64,000 nucleotides of DNA, from positions 29,266,001-29,330,000 of the forward strand of contig NC_086097.1 in NCBI RefSeq assembly GCF_963921235.1, written 5' to 3'. This stretch comes from Mobula hypostoma. Taxonomy: Eukaryota. The notes beneath the pieces were generated by a model. The model saw only the letters and a list, made by a program, of their open reading frames with translations, had not been told where the DNA came from and searched no databases. Below are positions 37,586 through 50,850 of the stretch, one piece after another. Position 1 is the first letter of the stretch, and the number at the start of each line of letters is the position of its first letter. A program made the translations under genes and the position numbers.

Positions 37586-38119
37586 TCTCATATACCTCTC
37601 ATAATTTTATAAAGATGCTGGCTGATGGAGTTTGTTCAGCAGCTTTTTTTTTGCTCTGGGATTGAGAGTTTCAGTGGCAGGACATCCTGATGTTGAATCT
37701 GAAACAAAAAGTTAACCTTACTATCAGGGACCATGAAGTTACCAGGTTGTGGTTAACTTGAATCATTAATGTCCTTCAGGGCAGTTGGTTTATACGTCCT
37801 TCCAGAACCAACCAAGATCGTTGACTCTGAGCTGCCCTCTGCTTAGATACTTGATGGTAGCCCAGTCATCAAGGACGTCTTCGAGAGGTGATGCCTCAAG
37901 AAGGTGGTATCCATCATGAAGGACCCTCATTAGCTAGGACATGCCCCCTTCTCATCACTATCATCAAGGAACCTGAAGACACACATTCAAAGCTTTAAGA
38001 ACAACTTCTTCCCCTCTGCCATCAGATTTCCAAACAGACCATGAACCCATAGCACTACCTCAGTATTTTTGCTCTCCTTTTGCACTATGTATTGATTTAC
38101 TATATATTGCTTATTCCAA

Positions 38120-40185
38120 ACAGATATATTCCAAATAAGAAGAAATTTTCACAGGGAAGAAGGACACTACCATGGCTGACAAGTGAAGTCAGAGCCAAAG
38201 TAAAAGCAAAAGAGAGGGCACACAAGGAAGCCAAAGCCAGTGGGAAGATAAGAGGATTGGGAAGCTTATAAAAACTTGCAGAAGGAAACTAAGATGGTCA
38301 TCAGGAAGGAAAAGATGAATTAACAGAGGAAGTTGGCGACTAATATCAAAGAAGATACTAAAAGCTTTTTTTTAAGTACATAAAGGGTAAAAGAGAGTCA
38401 AGGGTAGATATAGGACCAATATAAAATGATGCTGGAGATATTGTAATGAGAGATGCAGAGATGGCAGAGGAGCTGAAAGTGTATTTTGCATCAGTCTTCA
38501 CAGTGGAAGATATCTCCAGTATACCAGACATTCAAGAGTGTCAGGGAAGTGAAGTTTGTACAGTGAAAATTATGACTGAGAAGGTGCACAGGAAGCTTAA
38601 TGGTCTGAGGGTGGATAAATCTCCTGGACCTGATGGAATGCACGCTCGGGTTCTGAAGGAAGTAGCTGGAGAGATTGCAGAGGCATTAACAATGATCTTT
38701 CAAGAATTGATAGATTCTGGCATTTTACCAGATGACTGGAAAATTGCGAATGTTACTCTACTATTTAAGAAGGATGGGAGGCAGCAGAAAGGAAACTATA
38801 GACCTGTTAGCCTGACATCAATGGTTGGGAAGTTGTTGGAATCGATTGTTAGGGATGAGATTACGGAGTGCCTGGAGGCACATGACAAGATAGGCCAAAG
38901 CCAGCATGGTTTCCTGAAAGGAAACTCCTGCCTGACAGACCTACTGCAATCCTTTGAGGAAATTACAAGCAGGGTAGACAAAGGAGATTCAGTAGACGTG
39001 GTATACTTGGATTTTCAGAAGGCCTTTGACAAGGTGCCACACATGAGGTTGCTTAGCAAGATAAGATCCCATGGAATTACAGGGAAGATACTAGCTTGGG
39101 TGGGGCATTGGCTAGTCAGCAGAAAACAGAGAGTGGGAATAAAGGGATCCTATTCTGACTGGCTGCCAGTTACCAGTGGAGTTCCACAGGGGTCAGTATT
39201 GGGACCGCTGCTCTTTATGATGTATGTCAATGATTTGGATTACTGTATTAATGGATTTGTGGCTAAGCTTGTCGATGATACAAAGATAGGTGGAGGAGCG
39301 GGTAGTGTTGAGGAAACAGAGAGCCTGCAGAGAAACTTAGATAGTTTAGGGAAATTAGTGGCAAATGAAATACAATGCTGAAAAGTGTATGGTCATGCAC
39401 TTTGGTGGAAGAAATAAACGGGCAGACTATTATTTAGATGGGGAGAGAATTCAAAATGCAGAGATGCAAAGGGACTTGGGAGTCCTTGTGCAAGATACCC
39501 TAAAGTTTAACCTCCAAGTTGAGTCGATGGTGAAGAAGGCAAACGCAATGCTGGCATTCATTTCTAGAGGTATAGAATATAAGAGCAGGAATGTGATGTT
39601 GAGGCTCCATAAGGCACACATGAGACCACACTTGGAGTATTGTGTGCAGTTTTGGGCTGCTTATTTTAGAAAGGATATCCTGACATTGGAAAGGGTTCAG
39701 AGAAGATTCACGAGAATGATTCCAGGAATGAAAGGGTTACCATATGAGGAACGTCTGGCAGCTATGGGCTGTATTCCCTGGAGTTCAGGAGAATGAGGGG
39801 GGATCTCATAGAAACATTCAGAATGTTAAAAGGCCTGAACAGATTAGATATGGCAAAGTTATTTCCCATGGTAGGGGATTCTAGCACGACTTCAGGATTG
39901 AAAGACATCCTTTTAGAACTGAGATGTGGAGAAATTACTTTAGTCAGAGGGCAGTAAATCTGTGGAATTTGTTGCCACAAGCGGCTGTGGAGGCTAAGTC
40001 ACTGCGTGTATTTAAGATAGAGATAGATAGGTTCTTGATTAGCCAGGGCATCAAAGGGTATGAGGTGAAAGCAGGGGAGTGGGGATGATTAGAAGAATTG
40101 GATCAGTCCATGATTGAATGGCGGAGCAGACTCGATGGGCCAAATGGCCTACTTCTGCTCCTATATCTTATGGTCTTACGGTCAT
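38120..40185 (+). mobile_element. CR1 3' ~2-kb copy with a largely readable RT (ORFs 38446-39381, 39365-39796)
   Basis: GPDGMH, NYRPVSLTS, LDFQKAFD, GVPQGSVLGP; frameshifts; TCTTATGG tail. Confidence 0.92.
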
Positions 40186-41889
40186 ATTGTATCTTTTAGT
40201 CATTTTTTATGTGTGGCACCATATCGCTGCCGTAAAACAATAAATTTTCCAACTCACGTCAATGATAATAACCCTGATTCTGAAATGCACCATGAGCAGC
40301 TCACTTGGCGAGAAAACACCAGCCTTGTCAGTATGGCCAATGTCCTCACAGGCAGCACTGGGCAATGGTGAACATGTCCCAACAACAGGCAGAGGGTATC
40401 CAGTGGGAGAAGTGTGTGGGCCAAAGTCATAGTTGAGTTTATTGTCACAAGTCCAACTGTGCACAGGTGGACTGAAAAAGTCGCAGCAACACCACAGGCA
40501 CATAGCATCAGGTAAGAAAGTTAAACATTATACTCAATTTAGAAGACAATTAGAACAGAAAAAAAGTGTATTTTAGTGCAAAGTGATCACCGTGTTGCTA
40601 ATCGTAAACACAAGGAATTCTGCAGATGCTGGAACTCTTGAGCAACAGACAGAAAATCCTGGCGAAACTACTTGAGTTCCTCCAATATTTTGTGTGTGTT
40701 GCTCAAGATTTCCAGCATTCACAGAATCTCTTGTGTTACTGCTTGTTCCCCCCGTGGGTGCTGCCTGAGCTGCTGATTTCCTCCGGCATTCTGAGTGTGT
40801 TGCATAGTGTGGTTATTAGGGTTGTGCCAGTTGGTTCAGGGACCAAACGGCTGAAGGGAAGCAGTCGTTCTTCAGCCTTGTGGTGTGGAAATTCAGGCTT
40901 CTGTACCTCCTGCCCAATGGTAGCCGTGAGAAGATGGCTTGACCCGGGTGGTGGGGATTGTTGATGATGGATGTTACCTTCTGGAGGTAGCACCGATGAC
41001 ACGACCGATGGTGGGGAGGGTTATGCCAGTGATGTATTGGGCTGATGCAGAGATGAAACGTATTGAACATTGAAAGGCTTGGATAGAGTGGGATTTTGGA
41101 AGGACATTTTAGACCATAAGTCCATGACATAATGGTCAAAACCATCCTTTTGATGTCCACTCTGTCTAGGCCTCTCTATAGTGTGGTGTCTAGGACCAGA
41201 AGGTACAGATGCAGAATAGAGGGAGGAGCTTATAAGGGTGAAGGGGGATCTAATTGAAACTGATCAGATATTGAAAGGCCTAGATAGAGTGAATGTGGAG
41301 GGGATGTTTCCTATACTGGTTGAGTTTAGGACCAGAGGGCACAGCCTCAGGATGGAGAGAACTTACATTTAGAACAAAGATGAGAAGGAATTCCTTTAGC
41401 CAGAAGGCAGTAAATCTGTGGAATGCTTTGCCACAGAGGGCTGTGGGGGCCAGGTCATTGGGTGTATTTAAAGTGGAGACTGATAGGTCCTTGATTATTA
41501 AGGGCGTCAAAAATTATGGGGAGAAGGCAGGAGAATGGGGTTGAGAGCAACAATAAATCAGCCATGATCAAATGGCAGAGCAGACGATGGGCAGAATGGC
41601 CTAATTCTGCTCCTGTGTCTTATGATCTTATTCAATTAAGAAATATTTGCAGTGCCATTGCTCCCTCGAGGAGCTCAAAGTTCAAAATTTATTAAGTACC
41701 TATATGTTAGCATACTGTATACTACCTTGAGATTCATTTTCTTGCAGGCATTTACAGAAAACAATTAAAAATAGAATTTATGAAAAAACTATGCATACGG
41801 AATGACAACAAACAATGTGCAGGATAAGACAAACTGTAAATAAAAAATAATATTAAAAGCATGAGTTGTAAAGAGTCCTTGAAAGTGAG

Positions 41890-42397
41890 CCTCCTCTACT
41901 GTCACGATGAGGCCATAGTCAGACTGGAGGAGCAACGCCTCATGGTCTGTCTGGATGGCCTCCAACCTGACAGCATGGACATCAATCTCTCTAATGTCCC
42001 GTAATTTCTCCCCACTCCCCCCAATATCCTTCTCCACTCATCGTTCTGGTTCCCTTCTTACCCCTTCTCTTATCCTCACCTGACCATCGTCTCTCTCTGG
42101 TCCCCCTCTCCTCCTTTTCTTTCTCCCACAGTTCACTCTCCTCCCTATCAGATTCTTCTTACCTTCACCTCCCAGCTCCTGCCCCACCTTTACCCCTCAC
42201 CTGGTCTCACCTATCACCTGCCAGCTCCTACTCCTACTCCACCCAACTTCTTATTCTGATTTCTTCCCCCTTCCTTTCCAGTCCCGATGAAGGGTCGTGG
42301 TCCAAAATTTATTCCCCTCCATAGATGCTGCCTGACTTGCTGAGATCCTCCAGCGTTTTGAATAAGATTCCCAGCATCTACAGAATGCTTTGTGTTG
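41890..42397 (+). mobile_element. Penelope-like element 3' fragment (GIY-YIG C-terminus, CT-rich tract, degenerate hammerhead repeat)
   Basis: 41891-42004 encodes LLYCHDEAIVRLEEQRLMVCLDGLQPDSMDINLSNVP*; CCGATGAAGGGTC near 42284; 11-bp TSD TTGAAAGTGAG at 41879-41889 / 42398-42408. Confidence 0.85.
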
Positions 42398-43099
42398 TTG
42401 AAAGTGAGTCTGTAGGTTATAGAACCAGATCAGAGTTGTGCTGAGTGAAGTTATCCACACAGGTTCAGGAGCCTGGTGGTTGATGGCTAGCATGGGGATT
42501 GTGGGCTGAAGGGCCTCATTCAACATGATCTTAATTATACATAATGTTGCAGATTTATAAAACTCTGGTTAGACCACACTTGGAATATTGTGTTCAGTTC
42601 CGGCTGCTTCATTATAGGAAGGATTTGGATGCTTTAGAGAGCATACAAAGGAGATTTTAGCGGGATGTTGCCTAGACTAGACAGCATGTCTGATGAGGAT
42701 AGGTTGAGTGAGCGAGGGCTTTCCTCTTTGTGGTGAAGGAGGGTGACTTGATAGAGGTGTACAAGATGATAAAAGGCACAGGCTGAGTGGATAGCCAGAG
42801 ACTTTTTCCTCCTCAAGGCAAAAATGGCTAATACAGGGGGCACAATTGGAGGAAAGTAAAGTGGGGAATGGCAGAGTTAAGTTTTTTTTACACAGAGAGT
42901 GGCAGGTGCCCAGGGATGGCAGTTGTGGCAGATATGTTAGGGTATTTAAGAGTTTCTTAGATGGGCGCATGAATGATAGGAAATTGGAGGGCTATGTAGG
43001 AGGGAAGGGTTAGATTGATTTGTAGAGTGGGTTAAAAGGATGGCACAACATTGTGGGCCAAAGGGCCTGTACCGTGCTGTAGCTTTCTATGTGTTCCAG

Positions 43100-43760
43100 C
43101 ACAATGGATCGGGTGAAAGTCCTCCTTCAACAGAGCTGGGCAGGGAGCTGTATCACATGTGCTGGTGATTTATGCTCTGGTGGTTATGTGTGGACAAGAC
43201 TGTGCACCTCTCCTCTAAGTGATCCAAACACTTCAAGGGCAGTGTTATTGCAAACACCGATGTTGACACTTCTACTTAAAGCCACACAGAGCCGTGATTG
43301 GGAACTTAATCGAGGTTTTTGGAACTGCACTGCACATTTAGAACCTCTGACAGGCAAAGCAGTCAAGATGTTCTGAATTAGATTTGAATTACAGCCACTA
43401 AATACCTTTGTCAGAACATATTACACTTGACAGTCTCCATACAGCCTTCCCCACGCACCCCCCACCCGACTCGGCGCTGGGGTGCGGGTTGGGGGGAGGG
43501 GGCTCCGTTCCGAACAAAAGGAGAACCTCGGTGACCTCATATTGAATTGTCAAAGTGTCGGGGGCTGACAGGCGAGTAACTGAATGCTGACGATAGCCAG
43601 GGTTCCCGCAACCTCGGGATGAAAAATTAAAAACCGAGTTTAAAAAGTAGCCGAGGCAGAGAGTGTGGGTGGGTGGGGGAGCTGCAGGAACCTCTTTTCT
43701 TGAAAGTTTCAGACCATTGTACCAGGGATTGATTGCAAAGTTCTAATGGGGACTGGTAGA
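43100..43760. promoter_or_regulatory. Repeat-free island, putative enhancer-like DNA
   Basis: No TE similarity seen; TGATTTAT and three TGACAG (Meis/Pbx-type) sites. Confidence 0.35.
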
Positions 43761-44724
43761 TTTCTAATAAGCAAAGGTTTTGAGGTGATTGGAGGAAATT
43801 ATCGGGGGGCGCTTGTCAGAGGTAAGTTTTTAACACAGAGTAGTGGGTGCATGGAGTGTACTGCCAGGGGAGGTGGTAGAGGCATTTAAGGTAGATACAT
43901 GGATGATAGAAAAATGGAGGGCTGTGTGGGAGGGAAGGGTTAGATTGATCCTAGAGTAGGTTAAAAGGTCAGCACAACATCATTGGCCATAGGACCTGTA
44001 CTGTGCTGTACTGTTCTATGTTCTATGGGTAAAGGTGTTGGGCAACATTGAGCCAGGCTGGTAAATGGAGCTAAGATGGAGATTGCCCATGGTCACCAAA
44101 TGGTAGCAAAAAACCCTGCAGGTCAGGCAGCATCTGTGGAGGGAAATGAACAGCTAACGTTTCGGGTCATCTGGTCTGCATAAGGAGGTGGCAGTCAGCA
44201 GAGGGTCCAAAGGTGGCAAGTGATACGGGTTAGTTTTATTTCCCACATGTACATCGAAATGTAAGTGAAGTGTCTCGTCTGTGTCATCAACCAATACAAA
44301 CTGAGGACCGGGAGGGCAGCCCGCAAGTGTCGCCGTGCTTCCGTCAACAACGTAGCATGTCCACAACTTACTAACCCTAACCGTGCGTCGGTGGGATGTG
44401 GGAGGAAAGCTACATGGCCGTAGGGAAAACGGACAAACTCTGTGGTGGGTCTACAAGCAGCACCAGTGATGGGTGGACCGAGATGAGGAGGCGTAACACA
44501 CAGGTGGAGGAGGAGAGAGAAGGTGCTGAAGATGTGAATGAAATCCTGCAATCCCTATTCATCTTATTTCCTTCATTGGATAGTTTCCACTGTTCTGTCC
44601 CTTCCTCGGCTTTTCAAAGTTCATAATAAATTAATGATCAAAGTACGTATATTACCGCACATGACCTTGAGATTCATTTTGTTGCTGGCATTTACAAGAA
44701 AAATACAATAGAATTTACAATAAA

Positions 44725-45264
44725 CTTGCCTTGCCTTGTGCCCTAAACTCCTGGTGGAGTGGTCAGGGCGCCGTCATGACAAGCTTTGCACCAATCTGTT
44801 CCATCTGTCGCGGTTGTGTGCCAGAGCCTGGGTCACTGCAAATGTTTTCCCTGTCCATTCTTTAATGTTGTCCATCCATCTTTTCCTCTGTCTGCCTCTC
44901 CTTCTTTTCCCCTCCACAGTTCCTTGTGGAACGGTCTTTGCAAGGCCACTGGATCTTGTTACGTGGCCGTTCCATCTCAGCTTTCTTTTCTTCACCGTTG
45001 TGAGAAGGTCTTCATGGGGGCCAGTGTGGTGCTGGATGGTCTTACGGACCTGCTTGTTTGTGATGTGGTCCAAGTATGAGATGCCCAAGATGTTGTGATA
45101 GCATCTCATTTCCAATGCCTGTATCGTCCTCTGTAGCTCTGCTGTGAGGGTCCATGTCTCACATGCGTACAGGAAGATGGAGAATACCAACGCACGCAGG
45201 AGTCTGATCCTGTACTTCATGGTGATGTTGCTGTCCCTCCATATTGTCTTGAGTTTGGATAGTG
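44725..45264 (-). mobile_element. 5'-truncated RTE-clade LINE with an uninterrupted C-terminal frame
   Basis: LYACETWTL, EMRCY..ILGISY, RKLRWNGHVTR, GRQRKRWMDNI; (CAAGG)n tail. Confidence 0.9.
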
Positions 45265-46808
45265 CAGAAAAACTATGCATAGATTAAAGAGGGATTTGCA
45301 AAATTTGTCACATGTAGATCGAAACAGAGTTAAATGTGTCAGTGACCAACACAATCAAAGCAACACACACAAAATGCTGGAGGAACCCACAGATCAGGCA
45401 GCACCTACAGAGAGGAATAAACATCTGACACCCTTCATCGGGACTGGAAAGGCAAGAGGAACATCAAAGTTCGTACCAAATTTATTACCAAAGTACATAA
45501 ACGTCACCATATACTGCCCTGAGATTCACTTCTTTGTGGTCGTTCACAGTAAGTAGAAAGAAACACAATAGAATCAATGAAAAATAGCACGACAGAGATG
45601 GGCAGACAACCCGTGTGCAAAAGACAACAAACTGTGCAAGCACAAAAACAAATAAACAAATAAATAAATAAGCAATAATAAGTATCGAGAATACGAGTTG
45701 TAGAGTTCTTAAAAGTAAGTCCATAGGTTGTGGTGAATTCGGTATTGAAGTGAGTGAAATTATTCCCTCTGGTTCAAGAGCTTGATGGTTGAGAAGTAAT
45801 AACTGTTCCTGAACCTGGTAATGTGGGACCTGAGGCTCCTGTACCTCCTTCCTGATGGCAGCAGCAAGAAGAGAGCACGACCTGGATGGTCATGGGGTCT
45901 TTGATGATGGATGCTACTTTTCAGCAATGGTGTTCCTTGGAAATGTGCTCTTTGAAGGGGAGGGCTTTACCTGTGATAGTCTGGGCTGTATCTATTACAT
46001 TTTGTACAGTTTTCCTTCAAGGGCATTGGTGTTCCCATACCAGGCCAAGATGCAACCAGTCAGTATACTCTCCAGTGTGTATCTACGCCAAAATTTTGTT
46101 GATGTTTTAGACAACAAACCAAATCTGTGCAAACTTCTGAGAAAGTAGAGGTGCTAAGAAGCTAGATTAAGAAGGTAGGGAAGGGAGGAGACGAGCTGGT
46201 AGGTGAGGGGGAAGATGGATGGTGAGGGAAATGAGAGGCTGGGAGGCGACAGTACGAGGATGTCCTGGGGTCAGCTCACAAGTGTCGCCATGCTTCCAGA
46301 GGCAATATAGAATGCCCACAACATACATCTTTGAATGTGGGAGGAAACCGCAGCACCCAGAGGAAACCTGCATGGTCATGGGGAGAACGTACAAATTCCT
46401 TACAGAAAGTGGCAAAAATTGAACTCTGACCTTCTGATTGCTGGTGCTGTAAAGAGTTACTCTAGCTGCTATGCTACTGTACTGCCCTTATTGGATAGCA
46501 GCAGAGGCTTGAAGGGCTGAATGGTCTCCTGCTTTCACTGCTTGTTTTCTAGTAACCATCTGATGATGGTTCCTGAGAATAATGGTTCCTCAGCAACCTC
46601 TCAGTTCCTGCCCTGCCAAGCCTCAAAGAATTCTCCGTGTTTTGATGAGATCACCTCTCATTCCTCTAAACTCCAGAGATTACAAGCACAGTCTGCTCAC
46701 AGGCCACCTCTCCCAGCCCGGGAAATGAGTGCAGCCACCATGACCCCACGTATCCAAGGGTCTGCTCACACGGGCTGAGTCCCTTCGGAAGGAAGAAGGG
46801 TGGCTTAC

Positions 46809-46851
46809 TTTATGTGGGTGTGATCCTGGCGAGTCACTGCTGTCCGTGGCA
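46809..46851 (-). other. Candidate 43-nt micro-exon (gene unknown)
   Basis: Long pyrimidine tract ending CTCTCTTTCGCACTGTCCAG; donor AAA|GTAAGC; reads xATDSSDSPGSHPHK (phase 2 to 0). Confidence 0.35.
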
Positions 46852-46864
46852 CTGGACAGTGCGA

Positions 46865-47365
46865 AAGAGAGAGGGAGGGAAGGAGAGCGTGAGGGAGAGA
46901 TGGATAGAGAGATGAGAGAGAGAAACCAAGAGGGATAGATAGATAGAGGGAGGGAGAGAGAGAGGAAAGAGAAGGAGAAACAAATGGAGAGAGAGGGAGG
47001 GGGAGAGGGAAAGAAAGAGAGGAGAAAGGGGAGAGGGAGAGAGAGAGAAAGAGAGAGAGAGAAAAAGAGAAAGAAAGAGAAAGAAAGAGAGAGAGAGAAA
47101 GAGAAAGAGAGAGAAAGAGAGGGAGAAAGAGGGAAAGGAGGGAAAGGAGGGAAAGGAGGGAAAGGAGGGAAAGGAGGGAAAGGAGGGAAAGGAGGGAAAG
47201 GAGAGAAAGGAGGGAAAGGAGGGAAAGGAGAGAAAGGAGGGAAAGGGGGAAAGGGGGGAAAGGGGGGAAAGGAGGGAAAGGAGAGAAAGGAGGGAAAGGA
47301 GGGAAAGGAGAGAAAGGAGGGAAAGGGGGGAAAGGGGGGAAGGGGGAAAGGGGGAAAGAAAGAAA
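46865..47365. repeat. Polypurine (GA-rich) tract including a (GGAAAGGAG)n 9-mer array
   Basis: Direct reading. Confidence 0.95.
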
Positions 47366-50281
47366 ACAGGATGTCATTTAAAAGTATTATGGATCCTAGT
47401 GCATGTTTCTCAGACTCCAGCTAAGCTGCGGGTCACTGAGGGATCCTTTGCTGGTGTTTTCCGTAATCAAACTCAGCAGGAAATACAATTGGAAAGTGTA
47501 ATTGGGATCAGCTCTCTACAGAAAGTTCACTATTTCCCTTTGTCTGTGTCTTTATCTCAAAGGAGTTGCGAGGCTGCTCCCAATAAACGGAGGGCTGGTC
47601 TGCTCTGAACAACTTTAAAAATCGAGGCTCAGGCAAAGACCAATATAGAACAAAGAACGCCAAACAGCACGGCACAGTACAGGCCCTTCAGCCCACACCG
47701 TTGTGCTGACCTTTCAAACAACTCCAAGATCAATCTAACCCTTCTTTCTCACATATCCCTCCGATGTGAAAGATGTGTACCAATAATTGATATTTATAAA
47801 GCACAACAAAGCAATCATATTGGTAAATTATTTTTTATTGTCATGCGTATCAGGGTGCAGTGAAACCTACATCGAGGAATTACAAATTTAAACAATATCA
47901 GAATGCAGAATAAAATGTAAGTTACAGAGAAGGTGTATTGCAAGGCCATGCCAAGGTGGATTGTGAGGCCAAGGGTCCATCTTACCATACAATGGTCAAG
48001 AGTCTAAAGCCAGCAGGATGGAAGCTGTCACTGAGGCTGCTTCAGGCTCTTGTACCCACTGCTCGGTGGGAGAGGAGGGAAGAGAGAATGTGCGGGGTGG
48101 GTGGGGACTTTGATCATGCTGGCTGCCAGGCAGAGTCCATGGAGGGGGGCTGGTTTCTGTAATGCACTGAGCTGCATGCACGTTCTCTGCAGTTTCCTGC
48201 AGGAGAATATTATAAGATTATCATCAGACTGAAACTTGTTCTCCAGCCACAAGTTGAGGAGAGATGATTAGAAGCTTAGTCAAAGGTTTTAAGAAGCATC
48301 TGAAAAGACAATTTGCATTCAGAATCTGATTTATTATCATTGAGATATGTCATGAAATTGATTATTTTTTGTGGCAGCAGTACAGTGCAAAGACATACAT
48401 GCAACTATAATGTAAAACATAAAACACAGAACAAACACCACAACAGAATACAGGCCCTTCGACCCACAATGTTGTGCTGACCCTTTAACTGACACTAAGA
48501 TCAATCTAACTCTTGCCCCCTACATGGCCATCCATTTTTCTAACATCCGTATCTTACAGATAAATAAATGGTCTAAAAGAGGAATAGTAAGGTAGTATTC
48601 ATAGACTGATCAGAAATCTGGTAGCAGATGGCAAACTGTTACTATAATGTATTTTCATAATATGCCCAAAATCTGTAGGTGTTGGAAATAAAGACACAAA
48701 ATGCTGAAATGAAGCATTAGCTCTGTTTTCTCTCCACAGATGCTGCCTGTCCTGTTGAGTGCTTCCAGCATTTTCTGTTGTACTTGGTAGGCTGAGCGAG
48801 CTAGGGCTTTTGTCGTGGGAGTAAAGGAGGATGAGAGTTGATTTGATTGTAGTGTATAAGATGATAGGAGGTATCGACTGAGTGAATAGCCAGAGACTTT
48901 TCCCCAGGGCATGTGAGGGAACATAATTTTAAGGTGGTTGGAGGAGAGTATGGGGGGGGGGGGGATGTCAGAGGTAAGTTTTTTTTTTACACGAGGAGTG
49001 GTGAATGCATGGAACACGCTTCCGGGGTGGAGGTAAAGCCAAATACATTCGGGACATGTATGAGACACTTAGGTAGGCAAAATGGAGGGCTGCCTCTTAT
49101 CAGCTCATACACCTCTATCAAATCGCAACAGAGAAAAACCCTACCTCACTCAACCCATCTTCATAGCGTGCTGGTAAATCTCCTCTGCACCCTCTCTAAA
49201 GCATCTACATCCTTCCTATAACGAGACGACCAAACTGAGCACTCCTCAAAGGAGATGAGGGGCTCCACCTGATAGAATGGAGGGTTGGCTTGGACTGGAC
49301 ATCCTTGAAGCTCAAGACTGTGAAAGCCCCAGGCAGAAAACGACTACCTGCTCCAAATGTAACAACAGTTGGTATTTCTAAAGCACAAGTTACAATTTAC
49401 CAATTAGTAAATTGGTTTATTATTGTCACCTGTACTAAGGTACAATGAAAAACTTTGTTTTGCGTGCTGTTAATGCAGATTATTTCATCATAACAGTGCA
49501 CAGAGGTGGTACAAGGGAGAATAATAACAGAGTAATTATTCTCTGTTAATGACTATGACCTGAATAATGACTATGACCATGAGTGCAGAATGAAGTGTTA
49601 CAATCACAGAGAAAGTGCAGGCACGTTAATTAGCAACACACACACAAACAAACACATCTATCTAGGGCAACAAACAGGCTGAGACCCTTCATGAGGACTG
49701 GAAAGGAAGGGGGCAGAAGCCGGAATAAAAAGAAGCGGAAGGAGTACAAACCAGCAGGTGATCGTAAGTCTCATAAAGTCATGGAGCACTACAGCACAGA
49801 AACATGCCCTTTGGCCCATCTAGTCTGTGCCTGTTATTCTGTCTAGTCATGTCAACCCACACCTAGACCATTGCTGTCCATACCCCTCCCATCCATGAAT
49901 ATACCCAAAATTCTCCCGAGTGTGGCAAACAAACCTGTATCCATCAGTTCAGCTGGCAGGTCCTTCTACACTTGCAGAACTCTCTGAGTGAAGAAGACTC
50001 CCTCAACTATTTCACCTTTTACCCTCAACCTATGACCTCTAATCTCACTCAACCTCCGTGGAAAAAAACCTGCTTGTATTAACCCTATCTATACCCATTT
50101 TTGTGTAATTTTGTCTACCTCTGTCAAATTTCCCCTCATTTGACTACACTCGAGGGAAAAAGATCCAAACCTATTCAACCATTCCCTGTATTTCAGGTGC
50201 TCAAGTCAGGAACACATTGTTCTAACATTCCTTCTGTACTCCTCACTCTGATTATTATCTGGTGAGGGGGAAGGAAGGGTG

Positions 50282-50492
50282 GAAATGCCCCAGTGAGCAA
50301 CACACACAAGATGCTGGAGGAACCCAGCAGGTCAGGCAGCTTCTATGGAAAAGAGTAAACAGTCTACGTTTCGGGTCGGGACCCTTCATCAGGTCTCGGC
50401 CTGAAACACAGACTGTTTATAAACTCCATAGAAGCTGCCTGACCTGTTGAGTTCCTCCAGCATTTTGTGTGTGTTGCTCGCTGGGGCATTTC
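50282..50492. repeat. 211-bp imperfect palindrome made of a Penelope-type short repeat
   Basis: GAAATGCCCCAG...CTGGGGCATTTC arms; ORFs on both strands read KCPSEQHTQxAGGTQQVRQLLW. Confidence 0.9.
50360..50396 (-). ncRNA. Minimal type I hammerhead ribozyme motif (Penelope pLTR type)
   Basis: Minus strand: AGAC CUGAUGA A GGGU-CCCG-ACCC GAAA C GUA GACUG; conserved core intact, one mismatch in helix I. Confidence 0.7.
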
Positions 50493-50850
50493 AAGCACCT
50501 GTGGACTTTCTGTTTATGAGTGCTATCATGAAGTCGACTTTGTGCTACTTTCAGAACTACAGTGGAGTAAAGGGGATTACAGAGGTGTGAGAGAAGAGCG
50601 GGCCGAAGTTGACTGGCAGGGGACATTAGCAGGGATGATGACAGAACAGCAGTGGCTGGAGTTTCTGGTAACAATTCGGAGGCACAGGATAGAAAGGAAA
50701 GAACATGCAACAAAGGCTAACAAGGGAACAGAGAGGGTGTACAACAGAGCAAAAATTAATGTGAAGATAAAAGAGAGGAAAGCTTTAAACATCAATGGGA
50801 AACGACAAAAAGGCAATAGGTATAGAAGTGGTGTAAAAGTGAAGGGTTGC

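Noticed and set aside
46805..47424. Collagen-like GGK and Leu/Ser-rich ORFs
   Set aside because: Low-complexity polypurine tract.
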